Shown here in pieces: positions 1 through 8,240 of a stretch of DNA of 32,000 bases. The position numbers were made by a program, and so were the translations under genes. The number at the start of each line of letters is the position of its first letter. The stretch's first letter is position 1. Below the pieces are notes generated by a model. That model worked only from the letters and a program-made list of their open reading frames with translations. It had not been told where the DNA came from and ran no database searches. Source of the DNA: Candidatus Saccharimonadota bacterium (GTDB taxonomy: Bacteria; Patescibacteriota; Saccharimonadia; Saccharimonadales; UBA4665); assembly GCA_963716945.1 (NCBI GenBank), contig OY970322.1:1050001-1082000 (forward strand). Reading direction: 5' to 3'.

Positions 1-120
1 AGGCCCAGCTGCAGCAGTGATTCGTCAATCTGCTCCAGCTCGCGAATTAGCCGGCCGACGTCGGCCGGACTGGCGATTAACAGAGGCAGCTTGGGAGTCC
101 GCTCGGACTGTGGATGGGGA

Positions 121-750
121 TTATGCGCCACTGCTTATGTCCTCGATGATGGCCTTCTTGTTGGCCTCCAGTTCGCCCAGGATATATTCAAGCTGGTCGC
201 TAAGGTCGATTTGGTTGCCGACGGCGGCCAGGACGTAGTGGTTGATGATATCGGCCATGTTGGCTTCGAAGCGCTTGGCCATCTCTTGTTTTTCGAGCAG
301 GATCTGCTTCTGGACCTCTTGGCTCATCATTTCCCTTTGCTCGTCGATGGCCACATTGGTCTTTTGGATAGAATCGATGGCCAGCTGCTTGGCATCCATG
401 ATTGACTGTTCGTATTTATCGAACTCTTCCTTAAGCTTGGCCGTGATCTCGGTCTTCATGTACTCGTTGAGCTGCGAAGTCGTCAAGCGCAGGTCCTGCT
501 GCAGGAACATGGCGTTCTCACCGATGATTTTCTCGAAGTGCAGCCGGCCGCGGTTGCGCAACTCCTCGCGGAAATCGGCGTCAAAGATATGCTCGACGTC
601 GTGGTCGGCCCGGTCTTGGATGGTTTCGTCGGGATTAGCGCCGGGGCGCGCCTTGCCGTCTACGTTACCGAGCCTGACGGCTACCCAGATGAAAGCCACA
701 CCGGCGCTGCCGAGCGCTGCCAGGATTAGCAGCAGCCACCAGATTGTCAT
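121..750 (-). CDS. membrane-anchored coiled-coil protein, function unknown
   Basis: ATG at 750 and TAA at 123-121. An N-terminal hydrophobic helix (WWLLLILAALGSAGVAFIWVAV) is followed by about 170 aa of charged, heptad-like sequence. No catalytic motif recognised. Confidence 0.7.
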   Translation of the reverse strand: MTIWWLLLILAALGSAGVAFIWVAVRLGNVDGKARPGANPDETIQDRADHDVEHIFDADFREELRNRGRLHFEKIIGENAMFLQQDLRLTTSQLNEYMKTEITAKLKEEFDKYEQSIMDAKQLAIDSIQKTNVAIDEQREMMSQEVQKQILLEKQEMAKRFEANMADIINHYVLAAVGNQIDLSDQLEYILGELEANKKAIIEDISSGA

Positions 751-890
751 GTTTGTTTACCCACCGTCATCTATAAATTCTCTGCTCTAAAAGGTTAAGA
801 CACCTGATTGCGAAAATGCTCAAGCTTTCGAGAGTAATTATACTCCAGAAGCCTCTCGTCAACAAAGCCAAAAACCAAGTTCCGTGGTAC

Positions 891-906
891 CCGGTTCTAG
901 AACCGG
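891..906 (-). terminator. 16-nt perfect palindrome downstream of the cysteine desulfurase gene (weak terminator or operator)
   Basis: ccggttctagaaccgg lies 4 nt past the TAG stop (912-910). No strong U-tract follows on the minus strand, so its role is uncertain. Confidence 0.3.
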
Positions 907-909
907 TTT

Positions 910-2049
910 CTAAGCGTAACGGGCCAGGGTTGTAACGGCGGCGCGAACCGCCTTGTCGTCGGTCCCCCGGCCCATCGTGAACCGCAGGCTGGCCCGGGCA
1001 GCGGCATCGTCCAGGCCGAGAGCGTGCAGGACGTGGGAAGACTCTTGGCTGCTGGCACTGCAGGCCGAACCGGCGGCCGCCAAGACACCGGCTTGGTCGA
1101 GCTGGATCAGCAGCCGTTCGTTGTCGCCGCCGGGTATCGTCAGGTGGATATTGTTAGGCAAGCGGTGCTTGGCGGACCCGTTAATCTGCGCCGCCGGGAG
1201 CTGTTCTTCGAGCAGCTTCAAGAACAGCTGTTGCAGGGCTTGGAGGCGTTTGGCCTCTTCGCGGCGGCTGGCCTGGGCGATGTCCAAAGCCGCGGCAAAG
1301 CCGGCAATCGAGGCCACGTTTTCGGTACCCGAGCGCCACCCCCTCTCTTGGCCGCCGCCGTAGATAAGCGGCTCCAGCTCGAGGCCGGCTTTGACATACA
1401 GCGCGCCGGACTGTTTGGGCCCGTATATCTTGCCGCCATTGAGGGTCATCAGGTCGATGCCCAGCCGGGCCGCGTGCAAGTCGAGGTAGTTGGCGGCCTG
1501 GCAAGCGTCGGTGTGCAGGTACAGCGGCCGGGCGCCGGCCGGGCGCCGGCGCCTGATTTCGTCTACCAGTTTAGCGGCTTCCCGGACAGGCTGGACCGTA
1601 CCGATCTCATTATTGGCGTACATGACGCTGACCAGCACGGTATTATCATCGATTTGGCGGCGCAGGCTGTCTAAGTCGAGCCGGCCATCCGGGCGGACCG
1701 GAGCTTCGCGGCAGTCGTAGTTATGGGCCGGAGCCAGGACCGACTCGTGCTCAATCGAACTGACGACCAGGTTGGCGTCCGGGAACCGGCGCATTACGCC
1801 GTGGATAGCCAGGTTATTGGCCTCGGTGCCGCCGGCCGTGAAGATGATCTCGCTGGCGCGGGCACCGAGCCAGTGGGCGGTTTTTGAACGGGCTTCGGAG
1901 ACGGCTCTTTTGACTGCCAGTCCGGCCGAATAAGTTGCCGACGGGTTATAAAAGTTCTCGGCCAGGTAGGGCCTCATGGCTTCAATCACGGCCGGTGCCG
2001 CCGGCGTGGCGGCCGCGTAATCCAGGTAAATAATTGCCGGCTTGGCCAT
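910..2049 (-). CDS. nifS: cysteine desulfurase, NifS/IscS-type class V aminotransferase
   Basis: 379 aa. Motifs seen: IYLDYAAATP N-terminus, TAGGTEANN, HTDACQA, NGGKIYGPKQSGALYV (PLP-Lys region) and the C-terminal GSACSA active-site Cys loop. Its ATG directly abuts the tatD stop. Confidence 0.9.
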   Translation of the reverse strand: MAKPAIIYLDYAAATPAAPAVIEAMRPYLAENFYNPSATYSAGLAVKRAVSEARSKTAHWLGARASEIIFTAGGTEANNLAIHGVMRRFPDANLVVSSIEHESVLAPAHNYDCREAPVRPDGRLDLDSLRRQIDDNTVLVSVMYANNEIGTVQPVREAAKLVDEIRRRRPAGARPLYLHTDACQAANYLDLHAARLGIDLMTLNGGKIYGPKQSGALYVKAGLELEPLIYGGGQERGWRSGTENVASIAGFAAALDIAQASRREEAKRLQALQQLFLKLLEEQLPAAQINGSAKHRLPNNIHLTIPGGDNERLLIQLDQAGVLAAAGSACSASSQESSHVLHALGLDDAAARASLRFTMGRGTDDKAVRAAVTTLARYA

Positions 2050-2877
2050 TTACAGACCGAACAGCTTTCCGGCATTAGCGGTAGTGGCGGCCGCCAGCCT
2101 GTCCAAACTCTCGCCGTGCAGATCCGCCAAAAAGCCGGCGATGTCGGCAATCCGTTCAGGCGTGTTAGGGCGGCCGCGGTGGGGCTCGGGTGACAGGAAC
2201 GGCGAGTCGGTTTCCAATAACAGTTTGTCCAGTGGCACCGATTTATAAACCCCCAGCTGGGCCGGGTTTTTGGTAAAGGTAGCGATGCCGTTAACACCGA
2301 TATAAAGCCCTCTCTCCAGGGCTTTGGCCAGGTTGGCCGCCGAATCGGTATAGCTATGCAAAACGCCGCGTACCCCTTCATAGCCGTCAAAAACCGGCCA
2401 AAAATCATCAAACGCCTCGCGCACATGAAAAATCATCGGCAGCCCGTGTTCCAGCGCCAGTTCGATTTGGAATTTCAGGACGGCCGCCTGGTCGGCCTTA
2501 GGCGAGTGGTTATAGTAAAAATCATAGCCGCATTCGCCGATGGCAACGACCTTTGGCTCATCGGCGAGCTTGGCGAAGTCAGCCAGTTTTTGCCGGTCCC
2601 CGGCGTAGTGCCGCGCCTCATGGGGATGGATGCCGATTGACGCCCGGCAATTGTCACGGCCCTTCACGAATTCGGCCGCTAAACGGCTGTCCGCCAGATC
2701 GCAGCCGACGCAAATCAGCCGCGTCACGCCGCTATCCGCGGCCGCCGCGATTATGCTATCGCCGGTCATCCCGGGCGCCTTGGCCCACAGCTCGCGCGTA
2801 ACTTTCTCGCCGCGGCTGCGGCCTGGTACCTGGCCGGCCGATTGGATATGGCAGTGGGTGTCGACCAGTTCGGGCAT
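2050..2877 (-). CDS. tatD: TatD-family metal-dependent hydrolase/DNase
   Basis: 275 aa. Motifs seen: DTHCH metal site, IGECGYDFYY, HVREA, LHSY, ETDSPFL. It starts 3 nt after the metG stop. Confidence 0.9.
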   Translation of the reverse strand: MPELVDTHCHIQSAGQVPGRSRGEKVTRELWAKAPGMTGDSIIAAAADSGVTRLICVGCDLADSRLAAEFVKGRDNCRASIGIHPHEARHYAGDRQKLADFAKLADEPKVVAIGECGYDFYYNHSPKADQAAVLKFQIELALEHGLPMIFHVREAFDDFWPVFDGYEGVRGVLHSYTDSAANLAKALERGLYIGVNGIATFTKNPAQLGVYKSVPLDKLLLETDSPFLSPEPHRGRPNTPERIADIAGFLADLHGESLDRLAAATTANAGKLFGL

Positions 2878-2880
2878 GGC

Positions 2881-4329
2881 CTATTCCTCCTTGGCGGTCT
2901 CGTGCTTGGGGAAAAGCGTGCCTTCGGTGGGCTTAACTTTAGCGCCGTCGAAGACAGCCTTAATCTTGGCAGCCGTATCGGGCATGAACGGCACCAGCAG
3001 CTCGGCGATATTAAGCAACGAGCTGGCCTGGTAGGCCAGGATGTCGCGCAAGTGTTCCTTGTCGTCGGACTTGGCGACAACCCAGGGCTTCTCTTCGTCA
3101 ATATACTGGTTAAGGCCCCGGACTTGCTCCCAGACTTCGTCCAAGGCCCGGTCGAAATGGCACACCGCCAGCGCCGCTTCGTACTGGGCGATATCATGCT
3201 CGGCCGGCGGGATTTCGCCGACGACGCCGTCTTGGTAGTTCACGATCATGGCCACCGTGCGTTGGACGGCATTGCCGAGTTCATTGGCCAGCTCGTTATT
3301 GTAGGCGGCTGCCAGGCGCTGCCAGCTGAAGTCGCCGTCCTCGTAGCTGGGCACGTGGCGCAGGAAATAATAGCGGCAAGCGTCAACGCCGTACTTGCTG
3401 ACGATATCGGCCGGGTGCAGGACGTTGCCCAAGCTTTTGCTCATCTTCTTGCCTTCGACGGTGATGAAACTATGAACGTAGAGCTGCTTGGGCAGCGGCA
3501 GCTTCAGGCTCATCAGCATCGCCGGCCAGACACCGGCGTGGAAACGGATTATGTCCTTGCCGATAACCTGGACCTGGGCGGGCCAGAATTGCTTGAAGTC
3601 ATCGGCTTCCGGGTAACCCAGCACCGTTATATAGTTCATCAGCGCCTCGAACCAGACGTACATTACCTGGGTTTTGTCGCCGGGCACCGGGATACCCCAG
3701 CCGATCTTGTCCTTGGGCCGCGAAATGCTGATGTCATCGAGGCCGCCGCGGAGCAGGCTCAGGATTTCGTTGCGCCGGGTGTCGGGTACGATTTGGAACT
3801 CGCCGCTTTCGATAGCCTTGATGATTGCGGCGGCGTACTTGTCGAGTTTGAAGAAGTAGTTTTCCTCTTCGATCTTTTCGTAAGGCCGGTTATGGGCCGG
3901 GCAGATGCCGTTGTTGGCCTTGACTTCGGTCTCGGTTACGAAAGCTTCGTCGCCGGTGCAGTACCAGCCGATGTATTTGCTCTTGTAAATGTCCTTTTTG
4001 AGCTCTTTCCAAATAAGCTGGGCCCGCTGCTCGTGGCCGGGGTCGGTCGTGCGGATGAAACGGTTGTTGCTGACGTTCAACAGTTCGCCCAATTCGCGGA
4101 AACGCTGGCTGACCCGGTCGGTGAAAACTTTGACATCCAACCCCTGTTCCTCGGCTTTTTCGGCGACCTTGCCGCCGTGCTCGTCGGTGCCGGTACTGAA
4201 AATAACGTCGTCGCCCCGCTGCCGCGCCTGCCGCGCCAGGACGTCGGCGTAGAGCAGCTCCATCGCGAAACCGATATGCGGATCGCCGTTGACATAAGGA
4301 ATAGAGGTCGAGACGTAGTATTTGCTCAT
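2881..4329 (-). CDS. metG: methionyl-tRNA synthetase (short form)
   Basis: 482 aa. Class I aaRS motifs PYVNGDPHIGF (HIGH-type) and KMSKSLGN (KMSKS), with MetRS-like sequence throughout. Confidence 0.95.
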   Translation of the reverse strand: MSKYYVSTSIPYVNGDPHIGFAMELLYADVLARQARQRGDDVIFSTGTDEHGGKVAEKAEEQGLDVKVFTDRVSQRFRELGELLNVSNNRFIRTTDPGHEQRAQLIWKELKKDIYKSKYIGWYCTGDEAFVTETEVKANNGICPAHNRPYEKIEEENYFFKLDKYAAAIIKAIESGEFQIVPDTRRNEILSLLRGGLDDISISRPKDKIGWGIPVPGDKTQVMYVWFEALMNYITVLGYPEADDFKQFWPAQVQVIGKDIIRFHAGVWPAMLMSLKLPLPKQLYVHSFITVEGKKMSKSLGNVLHPADIVSKYGVDACRYYFLRHVPSYEDGDFSWQRLAAAYNNELANELGNAVQRTVAMIVNYQDGVVGEIPPAEHDIAQYEAALAVCHFDRALDEVWEQVRGLNQYIDEEKPWVVAKSDDKEHLRDILAYQASSLLNIAELLVPFMPDTAAKIKAVFDGAKVKPTEGTLFPKHETAKEE

Positions 4330-4378
4330 TAGCTATAGCTTAACTTGTTTCCGGTGGTAAATAAAACGGTCATATCTT

Positions 4379-4936
4379 TTATGCGGGTTTTCGCAGCGCG
4401 ATCCGGGCGACGGCCAGGCCCGTCCGGGCAACGCCTTGGTCGGCGACGCCCTGGTGCCACATTTCCCGGCCGCGGATAAAAGCAGTGTCGCCGGTTTCCA
4501 AGACATAGTGTCCGATGTTGATCACCCGGAAAGAAGACCGGCCTTCCAAGTTGGCGATAGCCGTGACATCCCCAAGCATCGGGCAATCCCTATGTACCCG
4601 GCCCCTGCCGCCGGCCGTCATCCTAAGCAGCTGGGCATTTATCCCCCAGCCGTTTCCCGGTTCCAGGGTAGTGCCCAGCGCGGCCGCGCCATCGCTGAGT
4701 TTCGCGAAAAGCCTGTCGAAGGCAGTCTCCCGGCCGCTCGTAAGCATGCTCTTGAGCGTGGTTATCCGCTCGCCCGCACCGCCGGCGTGGTCCCTGAACG
4801 GCCGGGCGCTGACTTCCGCCAGCACGGCTTGGGCTTCGGCGGCATCGAATAAGCCTTGTACGGCTACGTGGCCTTCGCCGTCAAATTGTTGCCGCGCGTC
4901 TTCGGCCAGGCTTGGGTAAAGATCCAGCCGCGTCAT
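4379..4936 (-). CDS. hypothetical protein; weak HxD...H pattern (VHRD ... WHQG) hints at a cupin/2OG-oxygenase-like fold
   Basis: 185-aa ORF with an ATG start. It is the first gene after the attenuator-like leader and lies 49 nt upstream of metG on the same strand. The family assignment is not secure. Confidence 0.65.
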   Translation of the reverse strand: MTRLDLYPSLAEDARQQFDGEGHVAVQGLFDAAEAQAVLAEVSARPFRDHAGGAGERITTLKSMLTSGRETAFDRLFAKLSDGAAALGTTLEPGNGWGINAQLLRMTAGGRGRVHRDCPMLGDVTAIANLEGRSSFRVINIGHYVLETGDTAFIRGREMWHQGVADQGVARTGLAVARIALRKPA

Positions 4937-4988
4937 TCCGTACTCTTATTTCTCATCATATTTTAATCCTGTAGTAAGCATATTATTT

Positions 4989-5012
4989 AAAAAAACCGGC
5001 CCTAGGCCGGTT
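4989..5012 (-). terminator. intrinsic terminator inside the 5' leader of the 4936 gene/metG operon (attenuator)
   Basis: The minus strand reads AACCGGCC-TAG-GGCCGGTT, an 8-bp GC-rich stem with a 3-nt loop. It runs straight into a run of 7 T. The hairpin sits 52 nt upstream of the ATG at 4936. Confidence 0.65.
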
Positions 5013-5034
5013 AGCTTGCTGATTGGATGGCGTA

Positions 5035-5106
5035 CTAAGAACTCGGCCTAGGGCTAAGCATGGGCATAGGCATCATGCTGGAAGCGGCTGCCGACTTAAT
5101 AAACAT
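5035..5106 (-). CDS. candidate leader peptide MFIKSAAASSMMPMPMLSPRPSS (4 Met codons within 6 codons)
   Basis: A 23-codon ORF (ATG 5106-5104, TAG 5037-5035) begins 6 nt after a -10 hexamer. Codons 17-20 (5054-5044) are perfectly complementary to the terminator core at 5009-4999. Confidence 0.4.
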   Translation of the reverse strand: MFIKSAAASSMMPMPMLSPRPSS

Positions 5107-5112
5107 TCTTTC

Positions 5113-5140
5113 ATACTACACCGATGGCCTAATTTGTCAA
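5113..5140 (-). promoter_or_regulatory. sigma70-like promoter TTGACA-16-TAGTAT
   Basis: On the minus strand TTGACA is at 5140-5135 and TAGTAT at 5118-5113. The promoter starts 3 nt after the trehalase stop codon. Confidence 0.5.
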
Positions 5141-5143
5141 TGC

Positions 5144-6424
5144 CTAAGCCGGGCGGTCGACGTAGTCGCGGCAGAGCCGTTCAAAGATAGCGTTCGTCCA
5201 GCCGAAGCCGGTTTGCGACGGGTAAAGGCCTTTGACGGGCGGTTTTTCGGGCGATACGACATTGTACTTCTCCAAGAAGACATGTTCGGCGTTAAACCAC
5301 TGCAGGTTGGCCTTAAGCCACTTCATCGCAATACGGCGGGCATCCTGGTGGTAACCGTAGCGCTCCAAGCCCTTTATGATCAGGAAGTGCAGCGGCGCCC
5401 AGCCGTTAGGGTAGGCCCATTGGGTCGGCAGGCTGCCAAGGACGAACTGGCCGAGTGGCAGCGCGTCGGTCGTCGACAGGCCGCCCTTATGTTCGAAACG
5501 CCGCAGCGACTTCACCAGGGCGGCCGCCTGCTTTTCGTTGACCATACCCGCCCATAACGGATAGTAAGACGCCAGGCTGCTGGTGCCGCCGCGTTTCTCC
5601 TTGACGTAATTGTAGTCGTAGTACAGCCCGTGCAGCCGGTCCCACATCAGCTCGTCCATGACGGCTTTACGCTGGGCGGCGGCATCATCCCAAAAAGCCG
5701 CATCGCGCTTGGAGCCGAAGATACGGGCCGCCCGGGCAAAATCGGTTTCGTACTTGTACAGCAAGGCGTTCAGGTCGACCGGCAAAAAGTTGAGGGCCCG
5801 GCGGTCGAAGCGCGGCGTCATGTCCCAGCCGCTTTCGGCTTCGGCCAGGTCGTGCAGATAGTTGATGTCATAGTGCCGGCTGAGGCCGCGGTAAACTTGC
5901 CGTTCGTTCGGCTTGTTAACGCCCATCCAGACGGTCTTGTACTCCTCCTCCGCCACTTTCATAACCGTCTTCAGCCAGGCGTCACCCATGTCATATTGCT
6001 GGTAAACGTCGAATATGAAACTGGTCAAAAACGGCGGCTGCGACCGCCCCGTCAGGTAGGTCCGCGAGGCGTTCGGGATAATCTTGAAACGTTTGAACAA
6101 CGATATAAGGTCCTCGAGAATACCGCACACCAGCTCCCGGTGCTCCTCGTCAAGCATACCCTGGATCATGAAATAGCTGTCCCAGTAATACAGTTCGTTG
6201 TAATCGAAGCCGGTCTTGGTGCGGTAGGACGGCACCAGGTAAGGTTTAGGCAAACCGAGCAGGCTTTCGTCGTCCTTGGGGTGGAAACGTTCCACCTTGG
6301 TCCAGTACTTGACGATATAGGCGCGGGCTTCGCGGACATCTTCGGGCGTCAGCTCCTTATCCGGCCGGAAGGACAGTTGGAGGGTTTGCGTGACCAGTTC
6401 TCTGGCTTTTCTCAAGGGCGGCAT
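5144..6424 (-). CDS. trehalase (glycoside hydrolase family 37), cytoplasmic type
   Basis: GH37 motifs: YWDSYF, PNASRTYLTGRSQPPF, ESGWDMTPRF, QWAYPNGWAPL, GFGWTNA. The track ORF extends to a TTG at 6460. The ATG at 6424 is preferred because a TTGACC-17-TAGTCT promoter ends 7 nt upstream of it. Confidence 0.9.
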   Translation of the reverse strand: MPPLRKARELVTQTLQLSFRPDKELTPEDVREARAYIVKYWTKVERFHPKDDESLLGLPKPYLVPSYRTKTGFDYNELYYWDSYFMIQGMLDEEHRELVCGILEDLISLFKRFKIIPNASRTYLTGRSQPPFLTSFIFDVYQQYDMGDAWLKTVMKVAEEEYKTVWMGVNKPNERQVYRGLSRHYDINYLHDLAEAESGWDMTPRFDRRALNFLPVDLNALLYKYETDFARAARIFGSKRDAAFWDDAAAQRKAVMDELMWDRLHGLYYDYNYVKEKRGGTSSLASYYPLWAGMVNEKQAAALVKSLRRFEHKGGLSTTDALPLGQFVLGSLPTQWAYPNGWAPLHFLIIKGLERYGYHQDARRIAMKWLKANLQWFNAEHVFLEKYNVVSPEKPPVKGLYPSQTGFGWTNAIFERLCRDYVDRPA

Positions 6425-6431
6425 ACTCACC

Positions 6432-6460
6432 AGACTACGGGTGTCCGCCCGGCAGGTCAA
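6432..6460 (-). promoter_or_regulatory. promoter TTGACC-17-TAGTCT, 7 nt upstream of the trehalase ATG
   Basis: Minus-strand hexamers at 6460-6455 and 6437-6432, with the ATG at 6424. Confidence 0.45.
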
Positions 6461-6537
6461 GCCAAGTTTAGGCCCTTGATTTGGCCCAGGGGGTATCGTA
6501 AAGTAAATAAAGCATAAACATTATATAAGGATTTAAC

Positions 6538-6879
6538 ATGTCTGAAATAAAAAAAGACGAGCGCGGCTTCAGCCCGGTTGAAACCGTTCTGGTCATTGTC
6601 ATCGTCGCCATCATAGGTTTTGTCGGCTGGTTCGTTTACCACGCCAAACAAAATACCGATAAGTCCCTCAACGCCGCTAACACCACCAGTAATAATGCCG
6701 GCCCGCAGTTTACTACCAGTAAGCAGGCTACGGCTTCCAACGCCGGCGACACCAGCAACGCCAGCCTCCAAAGCGACCTGCAGGGCGCGTCCAGCAGCGC
6801 CAACCAGGGCAGCAAAGACCTGACGGCCACCAATGACAGCCTGAACGACAAATCAACCCTAACTTCAGTACCCCAATAA
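6538..6879 (+). CDS. type IV pilin-like protein (prepilin-type N-terminus) with a low-complexity S/T/N/A-rich tail
   Basis: The N-terminus MSEIKKDERG|FSPVETVLVIVIVAIIGFVGW has a charged leader, G-F at the cleavage site, Glu at +5 and a hydrophobic helix. An AAGGA ribosome-binding site lies upstream. No globular pilin domain or Cys pair is present. Confidence 0.8.
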   Translation: MSEIKKDERGFSPVETVLVIVIVAIIGFVGWFVYHAKQNTDKSLNAANTTSNNAGPQFTTSKQATASNAGDTSNASLQSDLQGASSSANQGSKDLTATNDSLNDKSTLTSVPQ

Positions 6880-6906
6880 ACACGGCGGCGAAAGGAAATT
6901 AACATA

Positions 6907-7653
6907 ATGAAACTAACCACCATCAAACAAGCCGGTCTGGGCCTAAGCGCCATAATCGGCACCCTGGCCCTGGCCATCGTACCGGCCGGCGCTACGGCCG
7001 TGGCCAAGACTACCGCCTCAGCGACCGGTACCACAGCCGCCGACCAAGCCAAGCTTCAACTCATCATCAACCGCGGCAACAGCGAGATTGCCCGCCGCCT
7101 CAGCACGCTCAACACTTTGAGCAGCAAAATAAGCAGCGCCGCCAAGCTCAGCTCCGACGACCAGGCGGCACTCAGCAGCGAAGTCAGCAGCGAAATTACC
7201 AACCTGACCGCGCTTAAGACCAAGCTCGACGCCGACACTACCGTCGCCGACGCCAAAACCGACGCCCAGTCCATCATCAACGACTACCGGGTCTACGCCC
7301 TGGTTGTCCCCAAGGTTAATTTGGTCAAAACCGCCGACGACCAACAGGCCGCCGAGGCCAAGCTGACGGCCCTGGCGACCAAACTCCAGACCCGGATCAC
7401 GGCCGCCAAGACCGCCGGCAAAAACGTCACTTCCCTCCAGAACGGCCTGACGACTATGAACAGCCAGATCAGCTCGGCCCAAGCTATTTCCACGAAGATC
7501 GAGTCCGACGTAATCGGCTTGCAGCCCAGCGACTACAACAGCGACCACAGCGTCCTCAGCGGCGACCGCGACCAGCTTAAGACGGCCCAGTCCGACGTTC
7601 AGGATGCCGTTACTTCGGCGTCAACTATCGTCAGCGGTCTCAAGAACCTCTAG
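6907..7653 (+). CDS. secreted Ala/Thr/Ser-rich helical protein, function unknown
   Basis: Signal-peptide-like N-terminus (MKLTTIKQAGLGLSAIIGTLALAIVPAGATA). The remainder is predicted long helices. A terminator follows. Confidence 0.75.
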   Translation: MKLTTIKQAGLGLSAIIGTLALAIVPAGATAVAKTTASATGTTAADQAKLQLIINRGNSEIARRLSTLNTLSSKISSAAKLSSDDQAALSSEVSSEITNLTALKTKLDADTTVADAKTDAQSIINDYRVYALVVPKVNLVKTADDQQAAEAKLTALATKLQTRITAAKTAGKNVTSLQNGLTTMNSQISSAQAISTKIESDVIGLQPSDYNSDHSVLSGDRDQLKTAQSDVQDAVTSASTIVSGLKNL

Positions 7654-7680
7654 ACTGACAGCTCTGCGAGGCCCAAATAA

Positions 7681-7706
7681 AATGAGCAGGCTTTCACCTG
7701 CTCATT
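7681..7706. terminator. bidirectional intrinsic terminator between convergent genes
   Basis: aatgagcagg-ctttca-cctgctcatt forms a 10-bp stem. It is flanked by an A-run upstream and a T-rich stretch downstream, so it can work on both strands. Confidence 0.6.
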
Positions 7707-7729
7707 TGGCTTAGTCGATCCGTGAAAGA

Positions 7730-8041
<312 letters not shown>

Positions 8042-8175
8042 ACTTTACTCTCCTGCACTGTTAGAGGTAATCTGGCAAACCAGTTAGCTGCGCCTCTTAA
8101 ACACGTACTTATCTTATTTAACTTAATTTACTCTAGAACCTAACAAAAGTTATTAGCAGCTTTTCTAGCACCGTA

Positions 8176-8204
8176 AGTGTAACAGAGCTAAGTGGCTGCT
8201 GCAA
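8176..8204 (-). promoter_or_regulatory. promoter TTGCAG-17-TACACT for the RRM gene, giving an AT-rich 5' UTR of about 125 nt
   Basis: Minus-strand hexamers at 8204-8199 and 8181-8176. The leader contains the hairpin AGAGG...CTGGTTTGCCAG...CCTCT just before the ribosome-binding site. Confidence 0.4.
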
Positions 8205-8240
8205 GGGAAATGTTTTATTGATACAGCGGCCGGCCGGCTT

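Noticed and set aside
1-131. A possible 5' end of another minus-strand gene. The frame is open to the window edge, with a GTG at 131-129 overlapping the upstream stop, and reads ...KLPLLIASPADVGRLIRELEQIDESLLQLG.
   Set aside because: Only about 43 codons are visible. There is no canonical ATG, ribosome-binding site or recognisable motif, so it cannot be supported as a feature from this window alone.
121-750. ATP synthase subunit b (N-terminal TM plus a long helix)
   Set aside because: The architecture is compatible, but there are no flanking atp genes in the window. The partial downstream ORF does not resemble subunit delta, and no diagnostic sequence motif was seen.
2842-4332. A 496-aa ORF on the plus strand, the longest ORF in this region
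   Set aside because: It is exactly antisense to metG, which has unmistakable HIGH and KMSKS motifs. The translated product is low-complexity (V/G/D/L-rich) and typical of shadow ORFs in GC-rich DNA.
4937-5143. A T-box or S-box (SAM) riboswitch upstream of the metG operon
   Set aside because: The leader from promoter to terminator is about 115 nt. It has no T-box sequence (AGGGUGGNACCGCG-like), no specifier-loop architecture and no S-box four-way junction motifs.
5630-6517. A 295-aa plus-strand ORF. Similar long antisense ORFs occur at 16487-17203, 17216-17896, 19752-20618, 21201-21749, 22746-23492, 23804-24481 and 25609-26178.
   Set aside because: All lie antisense to genes with strong family motifs (trehalase, pcrA, pgk, pyk, the surface proteins and the kinase). 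None has a ribosome-binding site, promoter or recognisable domain. They are GC-rich frame artefacts.
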